Source: Takakia lepidozioides
Lineage: Eukaryota > Plantae > Bryophyta
Length of the DNA stretch: 64,000 bases
Assembly: GCA_030704615.1 (NCBI GenBank)
Contig: CM060731.1
Location: 70,928,001-70,992,000, forward strand
Direction of reading: 5' to 3'
Shown: piece after piece, positions 10,627 through 22,684 of the stretch
How positions within the stretch are numbered: position 1 is the first letter of the stretch
How the letters are laid out: every line of letters starts with the position of its first letter
Position numbers and translations under genes: made by a program
Notes under the pieces: model-generated
Seen by the model: the letters and a program-made list of their open reading frames with translations, nothing else
Databases searched by the model: none
What the model was told of the DNA's origin: nothing

Positions 10627-11451
10627 CTATGCTGCGTAGACCCCACTATCATTTCCCGTGGATATGCCAAAACCAATGGCCAGCTTCTCATTGTGGTGGC
10701 AAAGAGAAAATTCATTTTCCTCCTCCCCCACATCATGCAATACAAAGTGTCTGTCAGGCACATACCCCGCCTCCTTCATCTTCCCAGACAATCTTCTCAA
10801 CTCAGCATGGATTTCCTTAATTCTGGGATGCAACTTGTCATCTACAGCAAAGTGTGCACCCTGTTGCCAACCTCAATGCAGCAGCGACCTGGCTCCTTTC
10901 TAACCCCTCTGACCTTCATCATTCTTCTCACCTTTGCAGTATTATCCCACTTGCCAGCTGCAGCATACATGTTTCAGAGCAACACATGAGGATAGATGTT
11001 GCTGCACGTTCAACCATCTCCACATTGCCATGGATTCTGCAGGCACCAAGCAAAGCTTTCCACACCACAGCACCTGGATTTATGGGCATTTTATTGATCA
11101 GATTCACTGCCTCATCTGGTTGTCCCGCACGTCTAAGAAGGTCCACCATGCAGCCAAAGTGCTTTACTGTCGGAGTGACACCATGATCTTGACTCAGGGA
11201 ATCAAAGTAGTGTCTTCCTTCATTCAGTAGGCCAGCGTGGCTGCATGCAGAGAGAACACATATAAAGGTGATATTGCTCGGCTTCAAGCCGTTCTTTTGC
11301 ATTTCTTCAAATAGTTGCACGACCTCCCTATGACAACCATGATGTGCATATCATGTCATCGCATTCCACGACACCACATCTCATTCAGCCATGTTGTCAA
11401 ACACTCCCTTTGCATCCTCCATGCACCCACATTTGGCATACATGTCCACCA
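10627..11451 (-). pseudogene. PLS-class PPR E/DYW pseudogene fragment
   Basis: ITFICVLSACSHAGLLNEG..HFGCMVDLL..VWKALLGACRIHG; HPRIKEIHAEL..GYVPD..CHHNEKLAIGFG. Frameshifted, DYW C-terminus missing, 5' part cut by a LINE. Confidence 0.9.
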
Positions 11452-12673
11452 GGTCAGGTCAGCACTTCCCCCTCTGCGTTCTTGGGGAGCTGGGCATTGA
11501 TTGCCCCTGCCCTTGCATCCCGCTTTTTATGCAGTCAACGACCCCTATTCATGGACCCCATTGCTCATGTCGACACTGACATCTTCATTTTCCAACAACA
11601 TCTCCGCTCTGCACGAGATCTTCTTCCGGCACTGGCGCATCTTCCTCCTTTCGAGCAGTTGTTTGCCTACAGGAGACTCTCATGGACCACGTGCACCGAC
11701 ACTCCTTCTCCGGCATGCTTTCCAAAAGCTCTTCCTCTGACGTGCATCGTGCCAGGCTTCTATCTTGTGCAGGGCCAGGTGCAGGCGCATGACTGATAGC
11801 TCGACCCACCATCACCCCCTTTCGTTTGTCATTACCCATCTTTGCCACGGCTCTTCGTTTGCGACTTGGGCTACCGCATCCTTCTGTGTTAGGTCTGCGA
11901 CATTGTGTTTGCCATCAGCCTATCGACGCACTTGTTATCCACCTCCTTCGATGTCCATGTGGGGGAGATTGCACCGCCACCCATGACGTTGTCCGAGACG
12001 TTGTCGCATCGATTACGCAAGAGGCTGGTTTCCATGTCCTGCGAGAGCAATCTCATATCCTCCCTTCTCATACTCTTCAGTCCACACGACAATGCGTCGA
12101 CATCATCCTGTCTAAAGATGGTCTTCGCACCCTAGCCGACGTTATCATTGCTGACCCTACCCGATCCGACCTACTTTCCCGTTCGGCATCCTCTCAGGGC
12201 TCCGCGGCTTCGGTTGCTGCTCAAGTCAAGGAACGCGACTATCGGGACAGACATCCTACCGACACTTTCATCCCCTTGGCTGCAGAGATATTCGGCTGTC
12301 TCCATCGCCAGTTTGACGACCTACTCTGTTCAAGTGCCCATCAAGCGCCCAAAACAAGACCACGGGCATTCCTTATGCCTCTGTTCTTGTGACCTTTTAC
12401 AGACAAAAAGTGGCCGTTGCATTACAAGGAGCTCAAGCAGTGGCCATTTTACATCGGGCGGACGTAGCTGGATCGGCTTTATCCCACCTCCCAACTCTCC
12501 CAAACGTTACACCCATGTTGCCCTCCGACCTACTTCAGGGAGTAGGTTGGGATGACTGATAAGTTTGAATAGTTTAGTTCAGCTTGCTTCCCTTCCTCCC
12601 TCCCTTGTTCTTTCCCAGGTTTGGGGATTTTTCCATCATATGTTCAAATACCTCATGTTTCCTATAAATAAAA
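11452..12673 (+). mobile_element. 5'-truncated non-LTR retrotransposon 3' end with zinc knuckle and restriction-like endonuclease (CRE-like/RLE type)
   Basis: LRLRLGLPHP..CVC..HLLRC..THDVVRD..VDII..DVIIADP..K..Y..FIPLAAEIFG, then FYRQKVAVALQGAQA in another frame; A-rich end ATAAATAAAA; abuts the broken PPR gene. Confidence 0.75.
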
Positions 12674-13523
12674 CTGTACAAGTTTACATCAATGCAGAGC
12701 TGCTGTTGTTGACGCAGTGAGCATCACCAAGGTTGAGGCAATCGCCCCTTTGGCAATCACAGAAAGGTCTGGAGATGTAAAAAAAAGTGACAATTGGCCC
12801 ACATGCCAAATTTAGACCTATTAGAATATACAACTCATACTTGCACATACAGCACTGACAATCTCTTTCTGTATTTCTCTGACTGGGAGAACATCTGCAT
12901 CAGCAGGAGGAAAACCCCCTGTATCACATCTACACAAGGTAGGGAGAGGTAGGGAGGTAGGGGTGTAGTAAACTTTATTTCCTTGTAGCCAGAATATCAA
13001 ACTCTATGCACCAGGACCAGGACTCTTTGGACTAAACCCTGGTACACAAAAACCCACGATTGACTCCAGCAGGATGCAAACCTAGCGGGTACTACAGTGC
13101 CTCCGGGTAAATCAACATGCAAGTCAATTGCAGGGAACGTGACTATTTCAATCTGGAAGTTGCAGATCCGAATGTAAATCTTCTGTACATCATGGTGAAG
13201 CAGTCCTAAGAGATTAACAATCTGCACCAGAGCTGATGGGCATAGAACTGTGTATAGTCTACAGAGGGTAGACTAGTGGCGCCGAGCCCTAAGGTTAATA
13301 GTGTTACTATGTAACTTTCCTTCGTAGCATTCAGTTGTTACGATGTTGTTGCTTCCAACTCTCGGAAGTTCCATGCGTCCGCTTGGAGAGAGCATGACCC
13401 AGACCCTTTCCTTTCCTTGTGGAGATTGGATGAGAGGCCTTACAATGTGGATCAGATTGCTGTTTCAATCTGTGGAGCGGAAGTGGGTATGCAGCTTGGC
13501 AGTGTCGTGTCCGAGATACCTGC

Positions 13524-16400
13524 ATGAGATGCCTATTACGCCTGCCCAACCTCCAGGAAAACGGAAGAAAGGTATGTCCATGCAACTCTCTATATCAGTT
13601 TCTGTTCTCCAGCGCAAAGTTTTGTAATACACGTGTTGAGTCTTGCAGGATGGCAGGCTTGAATCAGGCACAGTTGTTTGTTGGACTTAAGACTGGCAGC
13701 CGGGGTACCCGCACAAGCATCACTTCTTTTCAAAAAGGATCAGGAGTGGGGGTCAACAAGGACTCATCGCGCACTTGTGGGGATGTGCGCACACTATCTA
13801 AGGCAGGGCGACTCGAAGAGGCGCTGCACCTTTTGAACCAACCAGGCATTCAGGCCGACTCGACTGCTTACGTCTGCATTTTGCAGGAGTGCACCATCAA
13901 AAGAAGCCTAGCAGAAGGAAAGCAGGTGCATGCCCACATTGTGCAATGTGGATTCAAATCAGACATCTTTCTACTCAACACCCTTGTCAACGTGTATGGC
14001 AAGTGCGGAAGTGTGGTAGATGCACACAAAGTGTTCGACGAAATGCCTAAACGAGACATGTTTACCTGGAACATAATGATATCAGGATATGCCAAGCATG
14101 GGTATGGTAGGGAGGCATTGGAGATCTATGAGGAAATGCAACAGGAAGGGGTTATTCCCAATAGGGTCACGTTCATTTCTGTTCTGAATGCGTGTGCCAG
14201 CCTAGGAGACCTGGGAAAGGGAGGAGAGGTACATGTTGACTTCATCAAGACTGGAGTTGCACCTGATGTCATCCTGGAGACTGCACTTGCTGATATGTAT
14301 GGGAAATGCGGGAGTTTGAAGGATGCACGACAAGTGTTTGATACTATGGCTAAGCGAAATGTGGTCTCATGGAATGCAATGATTACAGGATATTCTCAGC
14401 ATGGGTGTGGCTGGGAGGCTTTCGAGATCTACAAGCAGATGCAGCAGGAAGGGGTGACGCCCAACAGGATAACATTTATCTGCATTCTCAAAGCGTGTGC
14501 CAGCCTGGGAGATGTGGGGAAGGGCAAAGAGGTCCATGCTGACATCAAGAAAGCTAGGATAGCACGGGATATCATTCTGGACACTGCGCTTGCTGACATG
14601 TATGCGAAATGTGGGAGCATGAAGGACGCGCATCAAGTATTTGACAGTATGATTGGACGGAATGTGGTCTCTTGGAATGCCCTGATTACAGGATATGCTC
14701 AGCATGGGTGTTATAAGGAGGCTTTGGAGACCTATGGCCAAATGCGTCGAGAAGGGGTGATTCCTGACCTTGTCACTTGCATTTGTGTTCTCAATGTGTG
14801 TGCCAGCCTTGGAAACCTGGAAAAGGGCAAAGAGGTCCATGCTGATATAAGGGAGACTGAATTGGTGCCCAATATTAATTTGGAGAATAGCCTCATTAAC
14901 ATGTACGCCAAATGTGGGAGTGTGATGGATGCACGTAGAGTGTTCGAGAACATGTATGAACGAGACGTGGTCACATGGACTGCACTGATCAATGCTGAGT
15001 GTGGTAGGGAGGCTTTGAAGCTCTATGAGGAAATGCAACAGGAGGGGGTGATTCCCAATAGGGTCACATTCATTTGTGTCCTCAACGCATGTGCCAGTCT
15101 ACGGGACCTGGAAAAAGGCAAAGAGGTCCATTGTGACATAATGAAAGCTAGCACTGCGATAAATATTAATGTTGAAAACAGCCTTATTAATATGTATGCC
15201 AAGTGTGGGAGTGTCAAGAATGCACGTGAAGTGTTTGAGAGAATGCCCGAACGAGATGTTGTCTCATGGACTGTGATGATCGATGCTGAGTGCGATGCTG
15301 AGTGTGCTAGGGAGGCTTTCAAGCTCTATGATCAAATGCAACAGGAAGGGGTGATTCCCAACATGATCACGTTCGTTTGTGTTCTCAATGCATGTGCTGG
15401 CCTTGGAGACCTGGAAAAGGGAAAAGCGGTCCATTGTGACATCATGAAATCTGAAATTGTGCCAAATATTAATTTGGAGAATTGCCTTGTTAACATGTAT
15501 GCCAAATGTGGGAGCATCGTGGATGCACGGCAAGTCTTTGAAAATATGGCCGAACGAGACGTGGTTTCCTGGACTGCGATGATCGATGCTGAGTGTGGTT
15601 GGGAGGCGTTGGAAATCTATGGGCAAATGCAGCGGAAAGGGGTGAGACCCAACATGGTCACATTCATTTGCGTTCTCAATGCATGTGTCATTCTCGGAGC
15701 CCTAGAAAATGGCAGAGAGGTCCATGAGGACATCATCAAAGCTGGAATCGCATCACACATTAATTTAGATAATAGCCTTGTTAACATGTATGCCAAATGT
15801 GGGAGCGTGAAAGATGCACGTCAAGTGTTTGACAGTATGGCTGAACGAGACGTGGTCTCATGGACTGCGATCATTGCAGCTTATTCTCAACATGGTTGTG
15901 GTAGGGAGGCCCTGCAACTATTTGCACAAATGCAACAGGAAGGGTTCAAGCCAAATGGCATTACCTTTATATCTGTTCTCTCTGCATGTAGTCACGGGGG
16001 CCTAGTGGATGAAGGTTGCCACTACTTTGATTCCATGGATCGTGATCATGCCCTCACACCTACATTGGAGCATTTTGGGTGCATGGTGGACCTTCTTGGC
16101 CGTGCAGGGCGATTGGAGAGGGCAGAGGATATTATTCAGAATATGCCAGTCCATGCAGATAGGTCAGTGTGGGGGGCTTTGCTTGGCGCCTGTAGGATTC
16201 ATGGCGAGTTGCAGGTAGCAGAACGTGCTGCAATAGGCCTTCTCAAGTTGGATCCCCAGCATGCGGCACCATATGTGCTGCTATCAAACATCTATGCTGC
16301 AGCTGGTCGGTGGGATGATAAAGCAAAGGTGAGGAAAATGATGGTGGACAGAGGTCTCAGAAAGGAGCCAGGGCATAGCTCCATTGAGGTTGACAACTAG
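13524..16400 (+). CDS. PLS-class pentatricopeptide repeat protein with E1/E2 domains (organellar RNA-editing factor family); E+/DYW truncated
   Basis: Seven P-L-S triplets (each with YAKCG or YGKCG), then P2-L2-S2 and E domains ending KEPGHSSIEVDN*. The in-frame E+ start MHTFVVEGKVHPH follows the TAG. True start is uncertain (in-frame ATG at 13650). Confidence 0.93.
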   Translation: MRCLLRLPNLQENGRKVCPCNSLYQFLFSSAKFCNTRVESCRMAGLNQAQLFVGLKTGSRGTRTSITSFQKGSGVGVNKDSSRTCGDVRTLSKAGRLEEALHLLNQPGIQADSTAYVCILQECTIKRSLAEGKQVHAHIVQCGFKSDIFLLNTLVNVYGKCGSVVDAHKVFDEMPKRDMFTWNIMISGYAKHGYGREALEIYEEMQQEGVIPNRVTFISVLNACASLGDLGKGGEVHVDFIKTGVAPDVILETALADMYGKCGSLKDARQVFDTMAKRNVVSWNAMITGYSQHGCGWEAFEIYKQMQQEGVTPNRITFICILKACASLGDVGKGKEVHADIKKARIARDIILDTALADMYAKCGSMKDAHQVFDSMIGRNVVSWNALITGYAQHGCYKEALETYGQMRREGVIPDLVTCICVLNVCASLGNLEKGKEVHADIRETELVPNINLENSLINMYAKCGSVMDARRVFENMYERDVVTWTALINAECGREALKLYEEMQQEGVIPNRVTFICVLNACASLRDLEKGKEVHCDIMKASTAININVENSLINMYAKCGSVKNAREVFERMPERDVVSWTVMIDAECDAECAREAFKLYDQMQQEGVIPNMITFVCVLNACAGLGDLEKGKAVHCDIMKSEIVPNINLENCLVNMYAKCGSIVDARQVFENMAERDVVSWTAMIDAECGWEALEIYGQMQRKGVRPNMVTFICVLNACVILGALENGREVHEDIIKAGIASHINLDNSLVNMYAKCGSVKDARQVFDSMAERDVVSWTAIIAAYSQHGCGREALQLFAQMQQEGFKPNGITFISVLSACSHGGLVDEGCHYFDSMDRDHALTPTLEHFGCMVDLLGRAGRLERAEDIIQNMPVHADRSVWGALLGACRIHGELQVAERAAIGLLKLDPQHAAPYVLLSNIYAAAGRWDDKAKVRKMMVDRGLRKEPGHSSIEVDN

Positions 16401-16434
16401 ATGCATACCTTCGTTGTGGAAGGCAAAGTGCATC

Positions 16435-16590
16435 CACATGATCTTGACTCATGGGATCAAAGTAGTGATGGCCCTCATCCACCAGGCCCAAATGTTTACA
16501 GGCAAACACAAGACATACATAGGTGCTACAGTCCGGCTTCAAGTTCAGAAGGTCCACCATGTAGTCAAAATGCTCCACTCTAGGAGTGAG
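16435..16590 (-). pseudogene. Short inverted, rearranged PPR fragment
   Basis: Minus-strand VEHFDYMVDLL..TYVCLVFACKHLGLVDEGHHYFDPMSQDH. Confidence 0.75.
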
Positions 16591-16594
16591 GAGT

Positions 16595-17970
16595 GAGGGC
16601 ATCAAGGATGGCCGTAAAGTGTTCGACAACATGGCACAACGTGATGTGGTCTCATGGAACACAATGATTGCAGGATATGCCCAGTGTGGGTGTAGCAGGG
16701 AGGCTTTCAAGAAGTATAAGCAAATGACACGGGAATGGGTAGCACCTGACAAGGCCTCATTCATTTGTGTGCTCAATGTGTGGCAGCCTAGGAGCCCTGA
16801 AGAAGGCAAAGAAGTCCATGCTGACATCATCAAAGCTGGGATTGCATCATTCATAAGTTTGGAGAATGCCCTTGTCAATATGTATGCCAAATGTGGGAGT
16901 GTAAATGATGTGGGTGAAGTTTTTGACAACATGGCTCAATGAGACGTGGTCTCATGGAGTGCAATGATTGCAGGATATGCTCAGCAGGGATGTGGTAGGC
17001 TTGCTTTTGGGACGAATGAGCAAATGATATGAAAGGGGTACCACCCAACAAGGTGACATTTATTTGCGTTGTCAATGCATATGCCGTCCTCGGAGCCCTA
17101 GAAAAAGGCAAAGAAGTTCATGCTGACATCAGCAAGGCTTGAATTGTGTCGTATATTTTGAAGAATACCCTGGTTGACATGTATGCCAAACGTGAGAGTG
17201 TGAAGGATGCACGTCAAGTGTTTGATAGTATGGCTCATTGAAATGTAGTCTCATGAACTATGATTGTGGGATATGGTCAGCATGGGTGTGGTAAGGAGGT
17301 GCTCCAATTATTTGAACAAAGGCGACTGGTGTAGGCCGATTGGATGTGGCAGAGGACTTTAGCAAAATACCAATCGAGCCAGGTGCTTCAGTGTGGGCAC
17401 CCTGCTTGGTGCCTGCAGATTTCATGGGAATGTGGAGGTAGCAGAACGTGTAGTGAATTGCCTTCTTAAGGTGGATTCACAGGATGCTGGAATTTTTTGT
17501 GCTGCTATCAAATATCTATGCTGCTGCTGGTAGAGTGGGATGACCAAGCAAAGATGAGAAATCTGATGCAGGACAGGTGTCAAAAAAGAGCCAGGATGCA
17601 GCTCCATTGAGGTGGATAACGGGGTGCACATTTGTTGTAGAAGACAAATTGCATCCCCATATGGAGGAAATCCATACTTAGCTGAAGAGATTGTCTGGGC
17701 TAATGAAAGACGCCGGGTATGCGCCTGACACATGCTTCATGTGGAGGAGAGGAATTCTCTTTGCTACCGCAGTGAGAAGCTGCCCATTGCCTTTGGGCTT
17801 ATCAGGACTGCCCCTGGGAGACCTCCTCTTGTCATTAAAAACCTTCGCATGTGTGGTGACTGCCGCATAATCACGAAGTTCATATGATACTGGGCGAGCA
17901 ATTGTTGTACGGAATGCCAACCGCTTTCACCAATTCTAAGATGGGGTTTATTCTGTGACGATTACTGCTG
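16595..17970 (+). pseudogene. PLS-E-DYW PPR pseudogene
   Basis: PLS repeats with stops and frameshifts, E domain, GYAPD, SEKL, IKNLRMCGDC, ANRFHQF and a degenerate DY* end at ~17970. Confidence 0.9.
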
Positions 17971-19183
17971 AAACAGCACCATGCATGGGACAGCTTAATA
18001 ATGTAAAGGATGGGCAAGGTCATCAGTCGTCCTTATTCTTGTAAGCAGGCATGTGAGCTGCTGCCTATGGCAGCAGTAAGATGACCAAACTCTCACTGGA
18101 AGTCTGGCAGAGAGATCTGACAAAACTGTGCCAGAAGCTTGCATTTCATGCATATGAGTTTGTTAGTTTAGGTACTTAAAACTAAGATATCCCTTGGGCT
18201 CTAATTTGTCAGGATAACAGTTATGTCAATAAGGTAAATCATATGCCCTGAGTGTAATTTTTATGAGGATACCTTTATCAGAGTGCCCCACTTTTACAGG
18301 CTGTTGACAATCTTGCCATGTCAAGCCTCTGCCAGCTACTTTTGATATGAGAAAGATGGAAAGATGGAATACCCTGCCATCTATTCAGGATTTCCTCAAA
18401 CTCTGTCACCAAATGCTCAGATGAACAATGGTGTTGTTACAGTTACACAGGTGCTATCAATGCAGCTTTTTGCAACCCAATTGGCATGCCAGAGCCATGA
18501 CATGGACCTTGAGTTGCTTAGGGAGCACTTGTATGTGCAGCCTTGCGACATGGTTGATTATGATTCAGATGTGGTGAAGATGAGGAGGACGAAGAATCAC
18601 ACATGAAGAATTTGAACGAAACCCTAAGGTTGGACGGATGATTATCGTGTTTCTGGATGAGAACTGTTAGATCAATGTCCTCAACGGCTCTATAAGTTCA
18701 AACACGGTCTCTTCAAGAAGGAAGAAATGGAACAAGTGATGAGCATAGTGGGGATTGGTGTGCATGGAGGCTCGCTTTCCATTATTATCACCGTCAAGAA
18801 TGATTTGAAAGATGGTGGGAAGCACATAAGTCGGCACCAGGGCCAGGATCCGAGTTGCATAGTGATTCGGAGGAGCTCCGAGACAAAGGAATCTACAGCA
18901 CAGAGCCAGGGTCAGACAGCGGAGGAGGAGGAGGGGCCAACAGGATCAAGAAGTCATCCATCTGTCATGTCACTGGGAGGTACGATTTTGTACTCCTCAT
19001 GGGATTCCCACCCCTGCGATCCTGTAATCAGGCACTTTCAATCAGAGTCTCCTGTAGACCTCAGTACTGTGGCTGCAGCGAGAGCCTGAAGCAGATATTC
19101 AGATTGGAAAGACATGTAGATCAGGTGGCAGGATTTTGGTTTTCTTAATGTAAGGGGCAATTCGTTTTGGTTGTCGAACGCAG

Positions 19184-22100
19184 ACAGTGCTCCGGCAGCT
19201 GATGCTGAGGGAGAAAGCAGAGGAGATCATCGCGAGGAGACATTTGGCGGTTCAAGTTCTCAAAAACACGGCGATGGATTGCCGAGTACGCCTACACTAA
19301 AATCCGGTGTGCACTTGGCTGAAATACCAGTGGATCTCAGCCCAGGGTTTCGCAGTGTCGCTGCTATGGCGGGATGGGATGATGAGGCGTTGCTGTTGGC
19401 AGCTCTAGGCCATGATTCACCGCTACCTTCATTAAATAGAGGAACGGGCCACGGTACACCCGAAGCTCATCCGGTTGGCTGCCCCAACAGATGTGGCAAG
19501 TGTCCTTTATGCTGTGAGAGGAAACGAAGTACTCGCACACCTGGGCAGGCCGCTACCCCATTAAGTGCCGCCAGAAGGTAAGAATGCCTTGCAATCTCTA
19601 CTAATCCATGTCTTTCGTTTGAGTGTTATCCTCTCCATAGTCGCACAGGGTCCCCGCACATGTGGCGGAGAACCTTCACAATATCGACTCAAGCCGATTA
19701 TGAATGGAAGTGGACCAGTTGTGAGGAGCCCCTGACAACTGAGCGTTGGTTATTTGGAGCTAAAAGCTCAATCTCTGTGCATGCTTGAATGTGGTGCTGC
19801 AGGTACCGAAGACTACGAAGGCAATCTGGCAGTGTACGATCCGTAGAGCCCCTTCCTATGGCAGAGTTGAGGGCTGAATCCGACGGAAATGGAGCGCGAC
19901 ATAACAGGCAAGACGGCATACACCATTTTACTCCTCGGCTGTCTCCGTCGCGAGGTGAGTTGTGTGCCTTCCTTTAAGAGAATTTCGGTTCTCTGGGGAA
20001 AATGTAGGGTTCAGGTGCAAATACTGCAGCTAATATTTCATCTTTAAATTTTAACAAGTACGAATGTACAGCATTATGTTTGGTTAGGGCTGAGCTTTCT
20101 GTAACGTGATTGGTGGTGTGGAATTTCAGAGCTCAATTGAACAGCTCTCAGTGAATCATTTTCCATTTCAGTAGACCAGTCTTATTAGCCCTTAAGCTTG
20201 GAGGAACAACTACTATTTGGGACTACTATTACCTCACATCAAAACAGTGAGGAGATGTGGGGCTCACCCTAAATCTTCCTTGAATTGTGCACTGTGTTGT
20301 CACGGCAGTTTGAAATACAATTTTCATGTGTCTTCATGTGTGCCTTACAAGAACTACTTCAGTTTTTTGGGTAAAAAATTGACTAACTTTGGGGAGGGTT
20401 CTGGCACATACATGCCAATTCCAACCTGTGCAATTTTGTGAGGACGGGATTCTAACTTTTGAGAGTTAACTTTACAATAGATTGATTGCCTGATATTAAA
20501 CCCTGTGAAATGTCACTCTCACTTTGCCCTTGCATGCTCTCTCCTACAATTGCAATGGATGAATCCCACACTGCAGGTTTATGAGTATGGTTTGGCAGTA
20601 GCAGTTCCTGCACTCAATATAGTGTTATCGAGAGAGCAACACTCAGTTGCATGTATATGGGTGATGAATGAGTGGGCATGTTCACAGGTAGTCTGCAGCA
20701 GCAAGCATTAGGTTCAGGAGGGGAAGGGAACACAAATCGAGAAGGATATTTGAAGAGCCAAAGCCCACAAGATGGAAGAAAAAGCAGTATTCAAGAGGCG
20801 CAGCCTGTGTGCCTCGATGAATTGCGTGAAGAGCTCTCCTGTGCTGTAAGTAGTGTGTAGGTCTTACGATTCCTGCTTAAAGGTCTAGCACACCCTTCTC
20901 GATTGTGTCTCTCCAAATCTCTACCTTCACATTTCAGCATCCTCTACATTGTTGATTTCTCTAAGTTCTTCAGCTCACTGGATTTGTCTTTCCCTTGATC
21001 TCCAGGTCTGTCTGGCCTCTGCCAATGAGAAGATTTCATGTGTTTGATGCTACATGGCATGGGTAAATGCAGGTTTGCTTGGATATATGTTTTGAGCCCT
21101 CCACCACAAGTTGTGGCCACAGGTCAGTAGTCAGTACCTAGGGTAGGAGTGAGAATTTTAGGTTCAAGCAAAGGACAATGAATACTCTGCTGGACAGTTG
21201 TGGTCACCCTCACTAAACTTGTTCCTCACCACTTTCTGTTGCCTCTCTGCTCGCCTTTTTGCAAGCTATTGATCGCTAGACCCAACACTGACTCTCTCAT
21301 AACAAAAAATCTGTCCTTGGTTGTGAAAGGTTCTGACGTGATGCATGATTTCCAGCTTTTGCCGAAGTTGTTTGCAATCTGTGCTCCAGAAATGTGGCCT
21401 TCGCTGCCCAAAATGCAGAGAGCATTTGAAGTATATACTTTCTCTCCACTGTGTATGTGTGTGGATATTTGTCTTTCTTCTTTCAAAACTGTCTTCAATT
21501 TCAATGATGCTTTGATATAAAGATCTGTGTTGCTGACGTCTAAAATGGCTAGAATAAATTCTTACGAGGTGAGTCCTTTTAAGGAAGGAATCTTAGCAAT
21601 AGAAGCTCCCATCCTACTTAGCTCCCCCTTCTTCCCCAGCTCTCGCTCCGACCAGGTCTGTGGCTACATGCAACGATCAAAGCCTTATGAAATAGCCTCC
21701 TTCCTCTCCCTGTCTGCTTTGTTTCTCCTATGCTTTTTGGGCTTTTGTGGTTGTCATGAAGCTCTTTTCTCTCTTCTTCTTCAGCTTTAGTTGCTGGTGG
21801 GCTGTTTGTGGCCCCTCTCTCTTTTATTTCTTCCTCTAGTCCCATAAGCTCTTAGAGCTTCCCGCGGACGTTATAAAATACTATTTCATTCCGTCTCGCT
21901 TCATTCTCACTCTCGAGAGTAGTTCTTAATTTTCTACCCTGTCTCATGAGCCCTCCCTGTCTCATGAGCCCTCCTTCTGTGGATATTATAAGTTTTCTTT
22001 CTTTCAGTCTCACACACGCCCACACACAACCAGGCCTAGGAGAGTCTAATGAGTACACGTCTACCTCTATTGGGGTATGGAGCTCAGACAGATTCTTGGG

Positions 22101-22684
22101 TTGCATTCATGGCATGAGTCTCTAAGAGGTGTCCAGTGTTAACAGACACTACTTAGTCATAAGTTGGAGAAAGGAGTAGCTGAACACTCGACTGACAATT
22201 TGCACGTCGCTGGGATTACAGAAGCAACTTGGTGAAAGCTTGCCCAGTCAATACGGTACTTTGGAACACCATACAAATTTTGTTTCCACGAGAAACCTCC
22301 ACAAAACTTGAGGAGAAGCGCTCCAGAAATTCAGACGCACTGTCTGCAAAGGTAAGCCTTGATGAATCTCGTCCAACTGGAATTGTACGGAGGACAGGAC
22401 GGTTGATGCCCTGGAGTCACCTGCCCACTTCAGAGAGAGTTTCTACTGCGAGGCCAATCGGTAATTTTCGGTCGTTTCGACGAGCCTCTGTGGTACTAGA
22501 GGCCCTGCAGGCCTTGTCTGGCAATGCGGAGGCTGAGTCTGTGGATGCATACAGTTCAAGAAGGGGCTACAACAGAAGGATTACTAGCACAGGATCTGAG
22601 AGAAATGAGCGAGCTAGGACACAAGAACAGGTGGACGCAACCTTAGCGGCAAGGCTGTCTGCGTCAACCATATCTCAGTCATAA
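19184..22684 (+). CDS. Plant C3HC4 RING-finger protein (putative E3 ubiquitin ligase); 5' end uncertain
   Basis: Exons ~19184-19577, 19803-19954, 20688-20845, 21073-21122, 21356-21430, 22222-22684. Spliced product: SPGFRSVAAMAGWDDEALLLA..LREELSCAVCLDICFEPSTTSCGHSFCRSCLQSVLQKCGLRCPKCR..CPVNTVLWNTIQILFP. Confidence 0.88.

Noticed and set aside
12675-13330. Possible minus-strand LTR-element remnant (PPT-like CAATCGCCCCTTTGGCAATC at ~12739)
   Set aside because: No second LTR, PBS or coding motif to support it.
21528-22144. Possible solo LTR (TGTT...AACA) in the last intron of the RING gene
   Set aside because: No matching target-site duplication and no second copy in the window.
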